Shown here piece after piece: positions 41,187 to 55,368 of a DNA stretch of 64,000 bases. Origin of the DNA: Eledone cirrhosa. Lineage: Eukaryota. The translations under genes were made by a program, and so were the position numbers. Each line of letters opens with the position of its first letter. Position 1 is the stretch's first letter. The stretch spans positions 62,806,001 through 62,870,000 of the forward strand of contig OZ024742.1 of assembly GCA_964016885.1 (NCBI GenBank), given 5' to 3'. The notes below the pieces were generated by a model, which saw only the letters and a list, made by a program, of their open reading frames with translations, was not told where the DNA came from and made no database searches.

Positions 41187-44100
41187 ATACATGATGGCTG
41201 CAAACTCTGCCAAGAGTATTGCAATCGCTTGTCATTCAGATGTGTGACGCTCGGATATGGCTTTTCAAGCCTGCTAGAGTCTTGCACTCCTTCACACACT
41301 GACGACAACTATGGATCTCTCTGGCTTGAGGTCCTGCATCAGGTTGGCCGTGAACCCTCACAACACCGTGGAGATCATAGTTCACTGGTTCTCTTTAAAC
41401 ATGGCTGCGACTGTGGCTCCTGAGACCTATTTGCTCAAACAAATCTTTCCACACTCAGGGCACTTCAATTCAATGGAGACACCGATCGTTTCGAGAGATA
41501 CACCAGGGCATTGCTTACGCACATCCCGTTTGATCTTCTCGTTCTCTATGCGTCTGTCCTCAAAATTATGGACCCCATCATTCACCATTCCACGCCAAGT
41601 TTCTCTTTCAAGAGCTTCTATCTTCCAGTCAGCCATCATCAAACCAGTCTTTTTCAATGAGTCCTTTACACAATCCTTGAATTGGAGCCTTGGCTTGTGA
41701 GGTGGTCTCTTACCCTCACAAAGCTCGCCATACAAGAGTTGTTTTGGGATTCGATCATCCTCCATTCTGCAGAGGTGTCCGCTCCATCTCAAACGCTTTT
41801 GGTAGATGATACTCTCAATGTTCCGACACTCACTTCTCTCAAGGACCTCAACATCACTCACATGAATCTTCTACTTGATACCGAACATCTTTCTGAGACA
41901 CTGCTGGTGAAACCGTTCCAGTCTGTGGATATACCGTTTGTAGGCAACCCATGTCTCACATGCATACAGAAAAGCTGACAGTACACATGCAGCATACATT
42001 CTCACCTTGGTCCCCATTGTGATTCCTCGCCTGCATCAAAGACGGTCGTTGAGCCTTTCAAATGACTCACGTGCCTTACTAACACGCAGACCAACTTCTG
42101 CATACAGAGAGCAGGCCACACTCAGAGTACTCCCCAAATACACAAATGTGTCAGTAGCCTTCAGCTTTTGACCGTATATGGAGGGTTCATTGAAAACTTT
42201 ATCCAGAGCAGGTTGGTACATGACGACAGTCTTCTTCAGACTGATTGTCAGTCCCAAAGCACTGCACGCATGGAAAAAGAATTCATAAGGTGTTGCATGT
42301 CACTCTGGGAGTGTGCAAAGAGATCACAATCATCTGCATATAAAAATTCTCTGATCAAGGTACTCAGTACCTTAGTGTTGGCAGTGAGACGCCTGAGGTT
42401 AAACAACTTGCCGGAAGTGCGATATCTGAGATAGATACCGTGTTGACAATCCTTGAAGGCCATGAAGAATATCATTGCGAAATACAAGGCAAATCAAGTC
42501 GGTGCAGGTATATCACGCTGCTTGACACCTGTGTTGACACCATTTTCAACCGAGAGTGGCTCAGACAGTTTACCTCCAGCATTCACCCATGCCTGCATGT
42601 CATCGTGGAAGAGTTTCAGAATGTTCACAAACTTTTCAGGACAGCCCAATCTGTCCAAAATAACCCACAAAGCCTTCCGATTAACGGTGTCAAATGCCTT
42701 GGTCAGATCGACAAAAACTTGGTATAAGTCCATGCGCTGCTCAATGTATTTCTCTTGAAGTTGTTTGGCCAAGAAGATCATGTCAACAGTGCCTCTGCCA
42801 TTTCTAAAACCACATTGGGACTCAGGAAGTACTTCAACAGCAATGTGTTGTATCAATCTGTCCAACAAAATCCCGCACAAGATCTTCCCAGCCATAGATA
42901 GCAGTGAGATACCTCTGTCACAGTCATCTTTGGCTCCCTTTCCTTTGTAAAGTACCACCATCAATGCATCTTTCCAGTCCTGTGGCACATCTTCTTCATT
43001 CCAAACATTCACAAAGAGATCAGTGAGGCGGTTTAAAAAGTTATCACCAGCACACTTGAAAATCTCGACACTCAGTCCATCCATTCCAGGTGACTTGCCG
43101 CTGTTTAATTTGGCAATTGCCTTCGCCACCTCATCAAATGAAGCAGGATCAGCCATTGCCAGCTTTGTAGGTCTGGATGGAATCGACCGGATGAACTCAT
43201 CATCAATTTCTGATAGTCTGTTGAGAAGCTCATCAAAGTGGTCATGCCACCTGATCAGGATTTCCTTCGGATCTCTGAGCAATTCCTTGCCGTCCCTGGA
43301 GCGAAGTGGTGATATTTGTGGACCGGTCGGACCATACACCTCACTGAGCAGACTATAAGAGCTTTGTATCATGTCTATCTGAGGCCTTCTGGATTTCATC
43401 AGCATTTTTGGCTCCACCAGGTATCCTGCATGGCTCTCAATCGATGTTGCACACGTGCCTTAACCTGCCTGAAGGTCCGGTCACTCCTGTCAGAACGTGT
43501 CTCACACAACAATGATGTCAGCATTTTTTGTTTCTCTTCAAGCAAGGTCTGGATCACTGGATCATTTTCATCGAACCAGTCTTTATGCTTTCTATTGGTA
43601 TGACCTAGAACTCCAGCACTAACATCATAGACGGTTTTCTTCAATGATTCTCACGTGTTTTCACATTCCATGGACTGCAGGGACTTCAACAGCTCAGCTT
43701 TGACCTTCTCTGTTTTCAGACGAGCCACTTTGGGCTTCACAACAAATTGAAGCTTGGCGCGCACCAGACGATGGTCTGTCCAACATTCCACGCCTCGCAA
43801 TACACGAACCAATGTGATATCCCTGATATCACGTTTCCTCGTTAAAACAAAGTCAATAAGGTGCCACTTCATGGAACCTGGATGCATCAAAGTTGTCTTA
43901 TATTTGTCTTTCTGCTGAAAGAGCGTGTTCCCAACAACAAGATCCATCTCAGTGCACATCTGCCACAGAAGTAGGCCATTGTTATTCCACTTACCTACTC
44001 CATGCCTGCCCATCACACTCCAAGCTTCCCAGTCATTACCAACACGTGCATTAAAATCACGAAGGATGACAATCTTGTCTGCATAAGGTATACCATGGAA
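41187..44100 (-). mobile_element. Near-complete RTE/BovB-like LINE (APE, RT, C-terminal C2H2 fingers), pseudogenised
   Basis: DFNARVG, WHLIDFV, TDHRLV, RGISLLS, LPESQCGFR, DLTKAFDTV, FLYADD, RLRWSGHL, CPECGKIC, CRQCVKECKTLAGLKSH. Several frameshifts. Confidence 0.94.
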
Positions 44101-44117
44101 ACATACATACATACATT

Positions 44118-44208
<91 letters not shown>

Positions 44209-44242
44209 ACATTTAATTTAATTTTGTATATATATATATATA

Positions 44243-44497
44243 GGGCGGGTAAAATTCCCGAGATCCATGGACGAGTTCTCTCCAGCGGTCCCTCATTATC
44301 GCTGCCATGTCCTGCCATGTCCTGCGTCTCCAACAGACCAGTGTCTGTCCTTAGGGCATCAACATACGTTAACCTTGGTCTTCTTCTTCCAGTGAGTCCA
44401 TGTAGGAGCACTGAGTGCAATGTCAACTCTGGATGTCGGTGAGCATGTCCAGCTAACCTCAATCTCCTCTGTGTCACTTTTGAGCTGACTTTTGGCA
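44243..44497 (-). mobile_element. 3' fragment of a different RTE-like LINE
   Basis: LPKVSSKVTQRRLRLAGHAHRHPE...GRRRPRLTYVDALRTDTGL. Confidence 0.75.
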
Positions 44498-44519
44498 AGA
44501 ATAAACGAAACAAACACAG

Positions 44520-45650
44520 AAATGCAAAAACAAAGTTTTATTATGTTTACTGTTGGGAATGAAGATAAAGGAAAGGGAGCAGGAAGTAAATGAATGTCTC
44601 AACGTATCGGAAGTAAGTCCTTCTTCAAGAAATAAAAAAGGTTCGGAGTGAAAAAAGGCTGGAACAATAACATATGTATGTATGTTATCTCTTCCTCTTA
44701 ATTATGAGTATATTTTTTTGACCGGCCACCTTCCTGGTGGCAAGGTTGTAAAAGAAAAGAAATTGTCATCCCTTGAATCGGAAGAATGTTTTGCAAATTT
44801 TGAAGGTGCCAGCTATCGCAACCATTTGTAGACTATGAATTAGGGAGCTGCGCTTTTTGTCCGCAAATCCAAGTTCAGTCATACTTTGGTCCAAGCGGGT
44901 TGGTATATAACCCGTATCTCCAATAATGATGGGTATGAAGCTAAAGGTGTATCTTGGATACTGGATTTGTAAACTCCTCATCAATGGTCCGTAGATGTCC
45001 TCCTTCTCCTGTATTTTTCTGACAACGTTTACATCAAGTGGGCAGCTGATCTCCACAACAGAACACGTTTTCTATGTGTGGTCCCAAACAACAATATCAG
45101 GCCGGTTGTGCTTTAATTTGGTGGAAGTTTTTATTTTCAGGTTCCACCAGTATTCCTTAGTGCCATCTGTCTCAATATATTCTTCCTCGTTTGTTGTTAA
45201 TTTTGTTTTCCGAAGTGCGTTCCAGATGATTCTAGCTATCCCATCGTGTCTCATGGGGAGGTAGTAGCGAGATGACATTCTTTCGCAGCTGGCAACAATG
45301 TGGCTTACATCCTTGATCTTTGTTTTACATAGCCTACATTTACTGTCAGCTGATGGCCCTCCCCTTTTGTGCAGCAGATATTTGGTAGGGAGTTCTTGTT
45401 CCTGTATTGCATAGAGATATCCCTCAAGGTGTGATGTCATAAACTTGTCGGAACTCCATGCCAGGCTTTTTGAGTGGTTTATCTCCTCTATGGTCTGTGT
45501 TTTACGTCTCAAGTATCCATGCACAACTTTTTCTGTAAATTGGTCAATTTTTTTTTCATCTTGTTTGAACATTGAATAGGATCTTCCGATTTCTCTGGGT
45601 GAGAGATTTATAGCAGGCTTTATTCCATATCTCTCCTCCAGATCAGTGGT
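44520..45650 (-). mobile_element. R4/Dong-like LINE 3' part (CCHC plus PD-(D/E)xK RLE)
   Basis: VHGY, EGYLYAIQEQE, CRLC...HIVASC, RHD, NRPDIVVWD, EISCP, KEDIY, PIIIG. The extent of the 3' UTR is approximate. Confidence 0.9.
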
Positions 45651-45893
45651 TATTCTAATGATATTTTTTTTTATGTTTATAGATATGTATGTATGTATTC
45701 ATGTATGCATTCATGTATGTATATATATATATATATATATGTATGTATGCATGTATGTATTTATGTATGTATGTATTAAAACATTCAAACATGAACTGAA
45801 TGTGCACTAAAAAATGTAATTTCAATTCGTAATGAAATATTGTGTATTGTGGTGTGTATGAAATGGTGTGGGTGTGTTGCTTGTGTATAGAAT

Positions 45894-45942
<49 letters not shown>

Positions 45943-46142
45943 TGCTTGTGTAAGTAATAGTGTGTTTGTTGTGCTATGTGACAATGGTGTCTGTTCATAT
46001 GGCTTGAGTTGTGTTTAAATGTGTGTGTCTGCAAGTTGTTTATATATAACCATACATATAGAATAACTTATGCAACGGGTGTATTTAGTGACAAATAACC
46101 TTCTGTATGATATATATAAATATATATGTATATATATATATA

Positions 46143-46262
<120 letters not shown>

Positions 46263-46789
46263 CTGTGTGTGTGTCTGTGTGTCTGTGTGTGTGTCTGTGT
46301 GCGTGAGTGAAAGTGTGTGCATACATTTGTGGTAGAAAGTTTATATAAGAAAAACCATAGTAATACAGGGCTTCATCTATCATGTCAGGCGATTCCCCTT
46401 TAAATAATTTTTAAGAGAAATTTGTTGTCATGTCAACTGGCCGATATGAGTTTGGAAAATGATTTAGGATCAAGGCTAGAGTAGAGCGGCGTGTTACTAT
46501 ATGAGGTTTCTTTGCGATGCTAAGATCACATTTCTTAAACACATTATTTAATTAATTTTTATGGCTTAGTCAAAGACGGAAGAGCAACGCTGACGACCTT
46601 TTTATTCAAGACCTCGGAGATTAGTGGGAGAAAATGTGGATGTCGACCCGAATGCTTGCAGCAAAGCAGACTCTGTTAAAGGCACCCACGAGCCAGCCAG
46701 TGATGTTAAACCGGTCGGGAGATTTATAAATAAAATAACAGGATATAAGATCGATCATGTCAAGGTTTACTTGGTTTCTCATATCATGT

Positions 46790-47785
46790 GACTTGTGTGG
46801 GACGATATGAGACGTTGATTGAGTTAGGTGTGTCTGAGTAGAGGCAGGATTGCCTGAGTGACAATGGTACGGAGAGAGACAAGTTAGTCGGTAGTGACTG
46901 AGTGGAGACGGGCGTGTCTGAGTGAAGGCACAAGTGCCTGTGTAGCAATGGTACGGAGATAGACGAGTGTGTCAGTAGTGCTTGAGTGGAGGCGGGATCG
47001 TTTGAGTGGTGATGGTACGGGGAGAGACGGGAGGACCTGAGTTGAGGTGATTGGAGGATAGATGAGTGAGTGGGGAGTGCCCGAGTAGAGATGGTACGAT
47101 CCCACCATTGGGACAGTGATGCTACTATAAACACTAACATCTCAGACTACATACACAGATGTACTACACGTCTGACTGGTATGAAGTCACTCACCAATAC
47201 ACACCAATCTTTCATCTGTCTCATCTGCCATTTCTACTTATACTATGGTGGCCTTTCTACCTAGTACCTCCTCTCTTCAGACAATTCCGATTCACTCATC
47301 TCTCCTCATACCACCTTCACTCAGTCACTCATCTCTCCTCATACCACCTCCACTCAGGCACGCTCGACTCACTCATCTCTCCTCATACCACCCTTACTCA
47401 GTCACTCTCGACTCACTCATCTCTCCTCATACCACCCCCACTCAGTCACTCTCGACTCATTCATCTCTCCTCATACCACCTCCTCTCAGTCACTCCCGAC
47501 TCACTCATCTCTCCTCAAACCACCCCCACTCAGTCACTCTCGACTCACTCATCTCTCCTCATACTGCCTCCACTCAGTCATTCTCGACTCACTCATCTCT
47601 CTTCATACCACCTCCACTCAGTCAATCCTGACTCACTCATCTTTTGTCATACCACCTCCTCTCAAACACTCCCGACTGATTCATCTTTCCTCATACCACC
47701 TCCACTCAATCACTCCTGACTCACTCATCTCTTATCATATCATCTCCACTCAGTCACTCTTGATTCACTCATCGCTCCTACTCAT
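46790..47785. repeat. 42-bp minisatellite in two oppositely oriented blocks
   Basis: About 12 units of CACTCATCTCTCCTCATACCACCTCCACTCAGTCACTCTCGACT-type at 47290-47785. A diverged reverse-complement block lies at 46790-47110. Confidence 0.85.
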
Positions 47786-48163
47786 CATAACTGGCTCCAC
47801 CCAGGCAGTATGCTCGACCAAAAGAGAAGGGCCAGGTTTTGTGATGCAATCTTTACTGATAAGTATGTGTGTTGAATAGGTGGCGATTTGGCAGAGAAGT
47901 TAGAACGTCGGATAGAATGTTTGCGGTATTCGTTCCGGCTCATTGCTCTCTGCCGGGGTTAAATTTGCCTTTCATACATTTGAGGTTGACAAGTCGAGTA
48001 CTGGGATCGATTCTTCCTCCCTCTCATTTGTACATACTACGAATGTTGAGAGCGTTCTCCTGTTTACTCCTGTTTTTTACCAAAACAACTTTTTTTTTAC
48101 TGAATATATATATATATAAATATACATACATACATACATACACTAGTATCTGACGAGGACTGC

Positions 48164-49414
48164 TGCAGATACCTAGGGATAGATGATAATATATCCTATG
48201 ATGGTATCAGTAACAAGCAACGCGTAACCATGCAATATTACATCAGATTAAGAAAAATATGTTCATCTGAAATCTCTGCGCACAATAAAACAGTAGCACA
48301 CAATGTGTTGGCTGTGTCTGTCCTAACACCAACGTTTCGAATACTCGATTGGACGATAGCCGAAATCCGAGCTATTGGTGTTAAAACTCGAAAAATTCTA
48401 AACAACACCGAAAATTTCCATATCAACTGTGACATAGACCGCCTCTACTTGAAAGCTGGGAGGCAGAGGCCTAACACCAGTCCAGACAGCATTTTATTGT
48501 CGTATCATATCCCTCCGACAACATCTACTAACCTCCAAGCGTAGAAGCCTATTTATTGAGCAATTCTGTCTACATGAGACAGATAAGATCATGAGAGTTG
48601 GGAAGGAACTCCTTGAAAGATACTCCCTGCATGATAATCAAAAACTCACACCCAGGGAAATTGCCCAGCAATACCCCACTGAATCCATGGGTAAAAACTG
48701 TGTGCTTATCAGCAAAAAATCACGCATGGGTATGTTGCCAGGAGGCTCCAGACTGAGAGTAATATAGATAAGCAAAATAGTCTATCCTGGGCCAACAACC
48801 GCGATATTGGCTCTCACTTTGAAGGATATGCTTTTGCAATCCAAGAACAAGAAATCAACACAAAATACCTGATTCACAAAAGAGATAGGGATGCAGGCAA
48901 AACACCTAGATGTGACAAGTGCAGACTCTGCAGAATTGACATCGAAGATGTCACCCATGTCATAAGCAATAAATACATTAAAAGTTACAGCAACGTGGAA
49001 GACATACACATACATAATATGAAAGAGTACTGGTGGAATATTCCAGTAAAAACCCCAATAAAATGCAGGCATAACAGACCAGATGTAATGGTATGGGACA
49101 GGGAAAAGAGGGCATGCACAGTGGTGAAAGTTAGCTGCCCAGCAGATGCCAATATGATATTAAAGATTAGCGAAAAGGAGAATATCTATGCAGAACTAAT
49201 GAGGAGTTTGCAGATATTCCACCCTGACTATACCTCCAGATTTATACCTGTGATTATTGGGGCACTGGAATATGTTAGTAACTGCCTCGGTACAAATCTT
49301 GAAAAACTGGGCTTCGCAGAACTAGAAAGAACACGACTACTTAGGAAATTACAAGTACAATCCATTAATGGAACAGTAAAGATATGTTAAACATTCCAAA
49401 AATTCAGCATGTAG
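48164..49414 (+). mobile_element. R4/Dong-like LINE, 5'-truncated, pseudogenised
   Basis: RYLGIDD, DIDRLYL, FEGYAFAIQEQE, CRLC, YWWNIPVK, NRPDVMVWD, KENIY, PVIIGAL. Confidence 0.9.
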
Positions 49415-49872
49415 TAACTGCATGTACACATGTACAGATACAAAACATATGCACATGTTCGTTGGCGAGAAGTGATCCGCATAAGAAGTGGCATTAAGAG
49501 TCCCAGTGGGAACATGTATCCAGTTGACCAACCGAACGAAACAGCCATTTAGATTATATACTTTATATACTGTCTGTTTATTTATCATAAAATAACAAGA
49601 CACTACATAAGGTTGTATCGAGCATTTTATACTTTTAAACAACAAAAACAAATATTACTTTTTCTCTTTCTTTCTCTCTTTTTTCTTCCTTTCTTTCTCT
49701 CTTTCTCACTCTCTCCCTCTCACATATATATGTGTGTGTGTATGTCTGTGCGCGCGTGTGTGTGTATATGTTTGTGTGTGTGCATATGTTTGTGTGTGTG
49801 TTTATATGTTTGTGTTTGTGTATGTATATGTATGTTTGTATACATAAATATATAGTCACGCATGATCAATTA

Positions 49873-49909
<37 letters not shown>

Positions 49910-50226
49910 GCGCGCACACACAGATCACATGGTTGCATTTAACGTTAGGAAAAAAACACGTTATATTTATTAGACACGTAATATGTATTCTTCACTCTCT
50001 GTCATTGGAATGTGGCCAAGCCGGGGCACTCCTTTGATGTTTTGTCATCGATTATATCGATCCCAGTAATTATTCTATTCTAGACTGGTATCTATATTAT
50101 CTATCGTTATTGGATCGTTAAATTATGCTCTGACATAAAGGGACACAAATTGACATATCCTTTTACAATGTGTATCTGTGTTGTGTTGTGTGTGTGTGTT
50201 GTGTGTGTGTGTTGTGTGTGTGTGTG

Positions 50227-50283
<57 letters not shown>

Positions 50284-51135
50284 CCCCCTCAAGCCTCCAT
50301 TTTATGGGTAATTCATGACCCCCATCAACCTCACATACACCCACACAGCCCTGGACTGCACTGGACTGATCTGGAACGATCTGGAAACGTTCTCTTGACT
50401 CATCAAATTTATCATTCGATTTCCGGTTTCTAGTATTAATCATGCTTGTAACCAATCAGAACAGCTTCCGCCTTCCACTCTCCCTATTTACTTCATTACT
50501 TCCTTCTCTTTCATTCTTCTTCTTCTTCTTATTCTTCTTCTTCTTCTTCTTCTTCTTCTTGTCCTCCCCATGCATGCTGCAATCTGCCAAAAAGGAAATC
50601 AACAACAGTAATTCTAGAGGGAAGCAACGAGAATGATGGTGGCGGTGGCGGTGGTCGTGATGGTTATTGTGGTGGTGATGGTGTTGGTGGTAGTTGTGCG
50701 GTAATGATGGCGATCGTCATGATGGTGTGAGGTATGGCGGTTATGGTGGGAGGTATAGTGGTGATGGTTGAAGGGTTGTAGAGATGGCAGGAATGGCGGT
50801 GATGATGGTAGTCTGAGATTTGCAACAGAATCAATAAGGAGAGACTGGGGGATTAAAAAAACAACAAAAGAACAAGACAAAAACAAAAACATGAACTGAA
50901 CATTGAATATGTTGGAGTGGGAGGCGTGGGTGGAGGAGCAGCTCAATGGGAGAGGGGAGAGGTAGTTAAATAATGTATAGACAGAGGGAGGGAGTTTTAG
51001 AATATGGGAAGACAACGATGTTGAACTGTTTATTAACTTTCAGTTGAGATACATGTAGAGGTCAGGTTTAACTCGGAGCACATTACATCTAATCACATGT
51101 AGGTCAGATTTGATCCCATGTAGTCATATGTAGAG

Positions 51136-51305
51136 GCAATGAATTGACAGAGACGTTAGAATGTCGGATAGAATGCTTTGTGATATTCGTTCCGGCCTTC
51201 TACTCTCTGAGTTCAAATCCAGCCGAGGTCAACTTTGCCTTTCATCCATTCGAGGTTGATAAAATAAGTACCAGTGTAGTACTGGAGTCAATTCTTCCTC
51301 TATAT
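51136..51305 (+). mobile_element. Older SINE A-like copy (similar old copies at about 47876-48020, 53540-53900, 58495-58695, 59220-59330)
   Basis: GAGTTCAAATCC B box plus GAGGTCAACTTTGCCTTTCATCC core. Confidence 0.78.
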
Positions 51306-51316
51306 CCCTTTCTCAC

Positions 51317-51400
<84 letters not shown>

Positions 51401-51529
51401 TCTCTCTCTCTCTCTATCCTTTTTTTGGAAGAAATCTGCTGTGCTCAGGTTTTTAAATGCCCAAGAAACGATGTATGTCACTACGGCGCCCCCAAGACTC
51501 CATCACCAGTTTCGGGTAATACCATACCT

Positions 51530-52260
51530 GTCATATGTAGGTTAGATTTAGGCATATATACGTTAGATTTGATCATATGCATTGGTCACATGCAAGTTAG
51601 ATTTGGTCACGTGTAGGTCACATTTAAACACATGTAGGTTAGATGTAAACACAAGACGGCTAAATATGGTCAAACATCGGTACTATTTGGTCACAAGTAA
51701 ATCAGGATCACATGTTTGTTTGATTTCACCACATGTAGATTAGATTAGATCAGTTGTATGACAGATTTGCTCACATATAGGGGACATTTTATTTCATTTT
51801 TGTTAAATTTCATGTTTGATAACATGTAGGTTAGATATGATCCGATGTAAGTCAAATTTCATCACATGTAGGTCAGATTTTAGTAGTTGTACGTTAGATT
51901 TGATCGCATGTAGGTTAAATTCAATTACATGTAGGTCAAATTCGATCACATGTAGGTTAAATCTGATCACATGTGGGTTAAATTTAGTCATATGTAGTTT
52001 AAATTTGATCGCATGTACGTTAAATTTAGTCCTATGTAGTTTAAATTTGATCACACGTAACGTCGGATTTGATCAGATGTAGATAAGATTTGATCAGATA
52101 TCGATTATATTTAATTACATTTAGGTTAAATTCATTCCCAAGTAGATTAAATTTAATCAGATGTTTGTTGGATTTAATCCGATGTAAGATATATTTGATC
52201 ATATGTAGCTTAAATTTGATGACATGTAGGCTCAATTTGATCACATGATGTTTAGATTTG
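51530..52260. repeat. Degenerate 21-bp tandem repeat (consensus about TTTGATCACATGTAGGTTAAA)
   Basis: Roughly 30 units. More units at about 51050-51135, upstream of the SINE and (CT)n insertion. Confidence 0.88.
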
Positions 52261-52881
52261 AATGATTGGTGAGAAATATATATTTATCCGTGAGAAGAAA
52301 AAGGGATAGATCTAATTAGTTTCTAGTCATGTTAAACCTTCATCAGGGAAAGATAAGCCCATATTCTGTCGACAGCGGGTTAGGAGTTTATTGTTATTTA
52401 TTGTAGATACAATTTCGGATAGAGCAAAACTGGTCTAATTTATATAAGACTGCATGCGCAGTCAGCATCAATTAATCAATAGTGTACCACACAATTCTTT
52501 TTTTTGATAATTTATAATGTAAGGTATGTTGTTGAACCTCCGTCGGTTTCAACGATAAGTATTCCAGTTGTTCCAGCAATGGAACATCTTTCTCGTGAAA
52601 TTAACGAGCAAGTGACAGGACGTTTCACTGACAACCGTACATATAACGCAATTCTCAGGGAGATTCAGCGGGACTACAAAAATGAGATGTACCTGTGGTT
52701 TTTGAACTACAGGTACATCTCATTTTTGCCAGCTAAGAGAACTAGAGTTACGGGAAATAAAATGTATTGGTCAAGGACACAATACCGCAGCGGAAATCTT
52801 ACGATCGTGAGCTGAACTACTTATCCACCAATCCACCCGCCTTCAATATACATAGAATCGTCACCGTGTGAACTAATATAT

Positions 52882-52915
<34 letters not shown>

Positions 52916-53307
52916 TATATGTCAAGCATTAAAGTTATATATATCTCTTCATAGTACTGTATTGTTTGCTTTATTGTTTCCCGTTTACTTTTCGCGTGTG
53001 TGTGTACATAAAGAGAAAGAGAGAGGTGGGGGCTTGGTGTAGCAAAGAAATGTTGGGTTGTAGATTAACAGAATACATAACAAGATTCTCATCAAAGTTG
53101 TGAATAAAGGAATGACCTGTTTTATGTTCGTCACTCTCCTTTTGCCTGACTCCACCTCAATCGACCATTCCACCTACACTGTGTTCGCAAACTATACTTA
53201 TATAAGAGGAGAAATATATCATTTCTTATAGTTGGCTAAACTAATTCATATTTTCATGTGGGTTGTACAACCATTCACAACTGCTCTATGCACCACACAC
53301 ACACACA

Positions 53308-53420
53308 TATGAAGGATGGGGACCCCGATGGTTGAGCTCCTGCCGTTTCAACAGCGATTTCCTTCATATTACCACACTCTACTACCATAAGTATCGAGTA
53401 CTCTGGTGAGTAATGGTTTA
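53308..53420. mobile_element. PLE pLTR-like element, same family as 54656-54820
   Basis: Shares ACTCTACTACC.TAAGTAT.GAGTACTCTGGTG and an inverted GAAACGG..GAGCTC..TCGGGGTC segment. Confidence 0.6.
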
Positions 53421-53445
53421 ACAAATTTTTACTGCATCCATTCTG

Positions 53446-53506
<61 letters not shown>

Positions 53507-54618
53507 CAGTGTGTGTGTACATGTATGTGTGCGCGTATGTTTCTAATATTGGCACAAAGGCAACATATTTGGGGTAAGGATAAAGTTCATTATATTAACC
53601 TCAGTACTTAACTGGTACTAAATTTTATTGACCCATGGAAGGATGAACTTCAAAGTTGACTTGAATCCATAACGTAGAAAGTAGTAACTAAATGCTCCTT
53701 CATGATTTGAACTCAGAACGTAAAGTGTCGTAACAATATGCCACAAAACATGTTGTCCGACGCTCTACCGCTACCGCCAATCCACCGAACAATAATAATG
53801 GTTTCTGATTTAAGAACAAGACCATCAATTTGGTGGGGTGAGGGGTGTCGACTACGTTGACCCAGTACTTAACTATTACATATATCAACGACCCTTGAAT
53901 TCTCGCTTTAGACCAAAGAAGCAATGTTTCTATTAGTCTTTCTGTTGCTGATATCTCTTCGCGTATATCTATCTCGGCGTATTGAATGCTGTGTAAGTGT
54001 AAATGGATGATGCGAAACAATTTGAAAGCAAAGTCGGTTGTACTGTATTTGTAATTCAGAAGGCCAGTCTTAGCACACACTGTGTCACGCCGAATCTTCC
54101 CAAGAATTACATCAAGACTACGCATGTCTATGGAATGTTCAGTCACACGTTAATTTCATAAGCAAGCTGTTTGAACGAGAACACTTATATCACACACACA
54201 CATTATATATATATATAATAATAATAATAATAAAGAGTTGACGGACCCGGCATATTTATCAATGCCAGGACCGGTTGTATCTCAGTGTACTCAATAGGTA
54301 ATGTAGAATACATTCCCAGAGTATACACATAGTTATTCACTTCAATACAACACACGTAAAACGGGTGCCTATAATAGTTCACGAACTCGAGCTTCGGCCA
54401 CACTTAATGCAGCAGTAGGGTGCACTGCACCCTCTGTCTGCATATATTATGCAACAATGCATAATCGGTGCATGTGGTTTCATCAGTGGGTATCGCCTAA
54501 TCAATAACCAATCGATCGACAGAATCCAAACTCCAGCCCATGCCGGCTATAACTGTTTGTGACGGGTGACCCAGTAAAGTGATTAGCAACTGGAATCTGA
54601 TACAATTCTGTCCCCCGA

Positions 54619-54655
<37 letters not shown>

Positions 54656-54659
<4 letters not shown>

Positions 54660-54820
54660 AAAATGTATGACCCGTCGGCAGAGCTCAAGCCGTTTCTACG
54701 GATATTTCCAGGAATAGCCGTCGAAACGGCTTGAGCTCTGCCGTCGGGGTCATACATTTTCCTATTACCCACTCTACTACCCTAAGTATTGAGTACTCTG
54801 GTGCGTTATGGTCCATCTGG
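54656..54820. mobile_element. Fold-back PLE pLTR-like element with hammerhead 3' half
   Basis: Inverted arms at about 54656-54702 and 54718-54764. GAAA-CGGC-ttGAGCTCt-GCCG-TC gives stem III plus a GUC triplet. Abuts (TA)n. Confidence 0.62.
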
Positions 54821-55299
54821 CTCCTTACCACAACTCCTTCGTTATATATGTATATATATATGATGAAATCGCTTTGGTCTTGCATCATATTCTGATGATG
54901 AAACCGGCCTATTGAAATATGTATAGTGTTTTCGCAGGATTCATTATTTTCATGAACAGGATTGACATGCGTAGCCGGGCCGGAAGTGGTATCACTAGTT
55001 CTACATATGTTTCAATATAGAGCGGCGGGCCACGATACATTGAAACATATGTAGAATTAAATTAGGTTTTAAACATAAATTGGTTATCCACATCCCTCTC
55101 TCTCTCTTTACACACACACATATATACATGGGGGTACGTAAGCATCCGTAACTATAATAATCCCCAAAAGACCGCCGATAAGCGGGGATTGTTCATGTAC
55201 TTGTCTCCCGCCTTTTCGGTTTCCTTTATATGTCCCATGTGTTTTTTTATATATTATAATTGTAACCCACACAGCCTAATTATGAAATCAAAATAGCGG

Positions 55300-55317
55300 T
55301 GATGGTGGTGGTAGCAA

Positions 55318-55368
<51 letters not shown>

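Noticed and set aside
47159-47719. Repetitive His/Ser/Leu-rich ORFs
   Set aside because: Open in several frames simply because the 42-bp unit lacks stops. No splice or start support.
51530-52260. CRISPR-like or iteron-like array, heptad-repeat ORFs
   Set aside because: Contiguous degenerate tandem units without unique spacers, no cas genes, eukaryotic context.
52504-52815. 103-aa non-repetitive ORF
   Set aside because: It begins at a TTG codon, has no recognisable motif and no clear splice boundaries.
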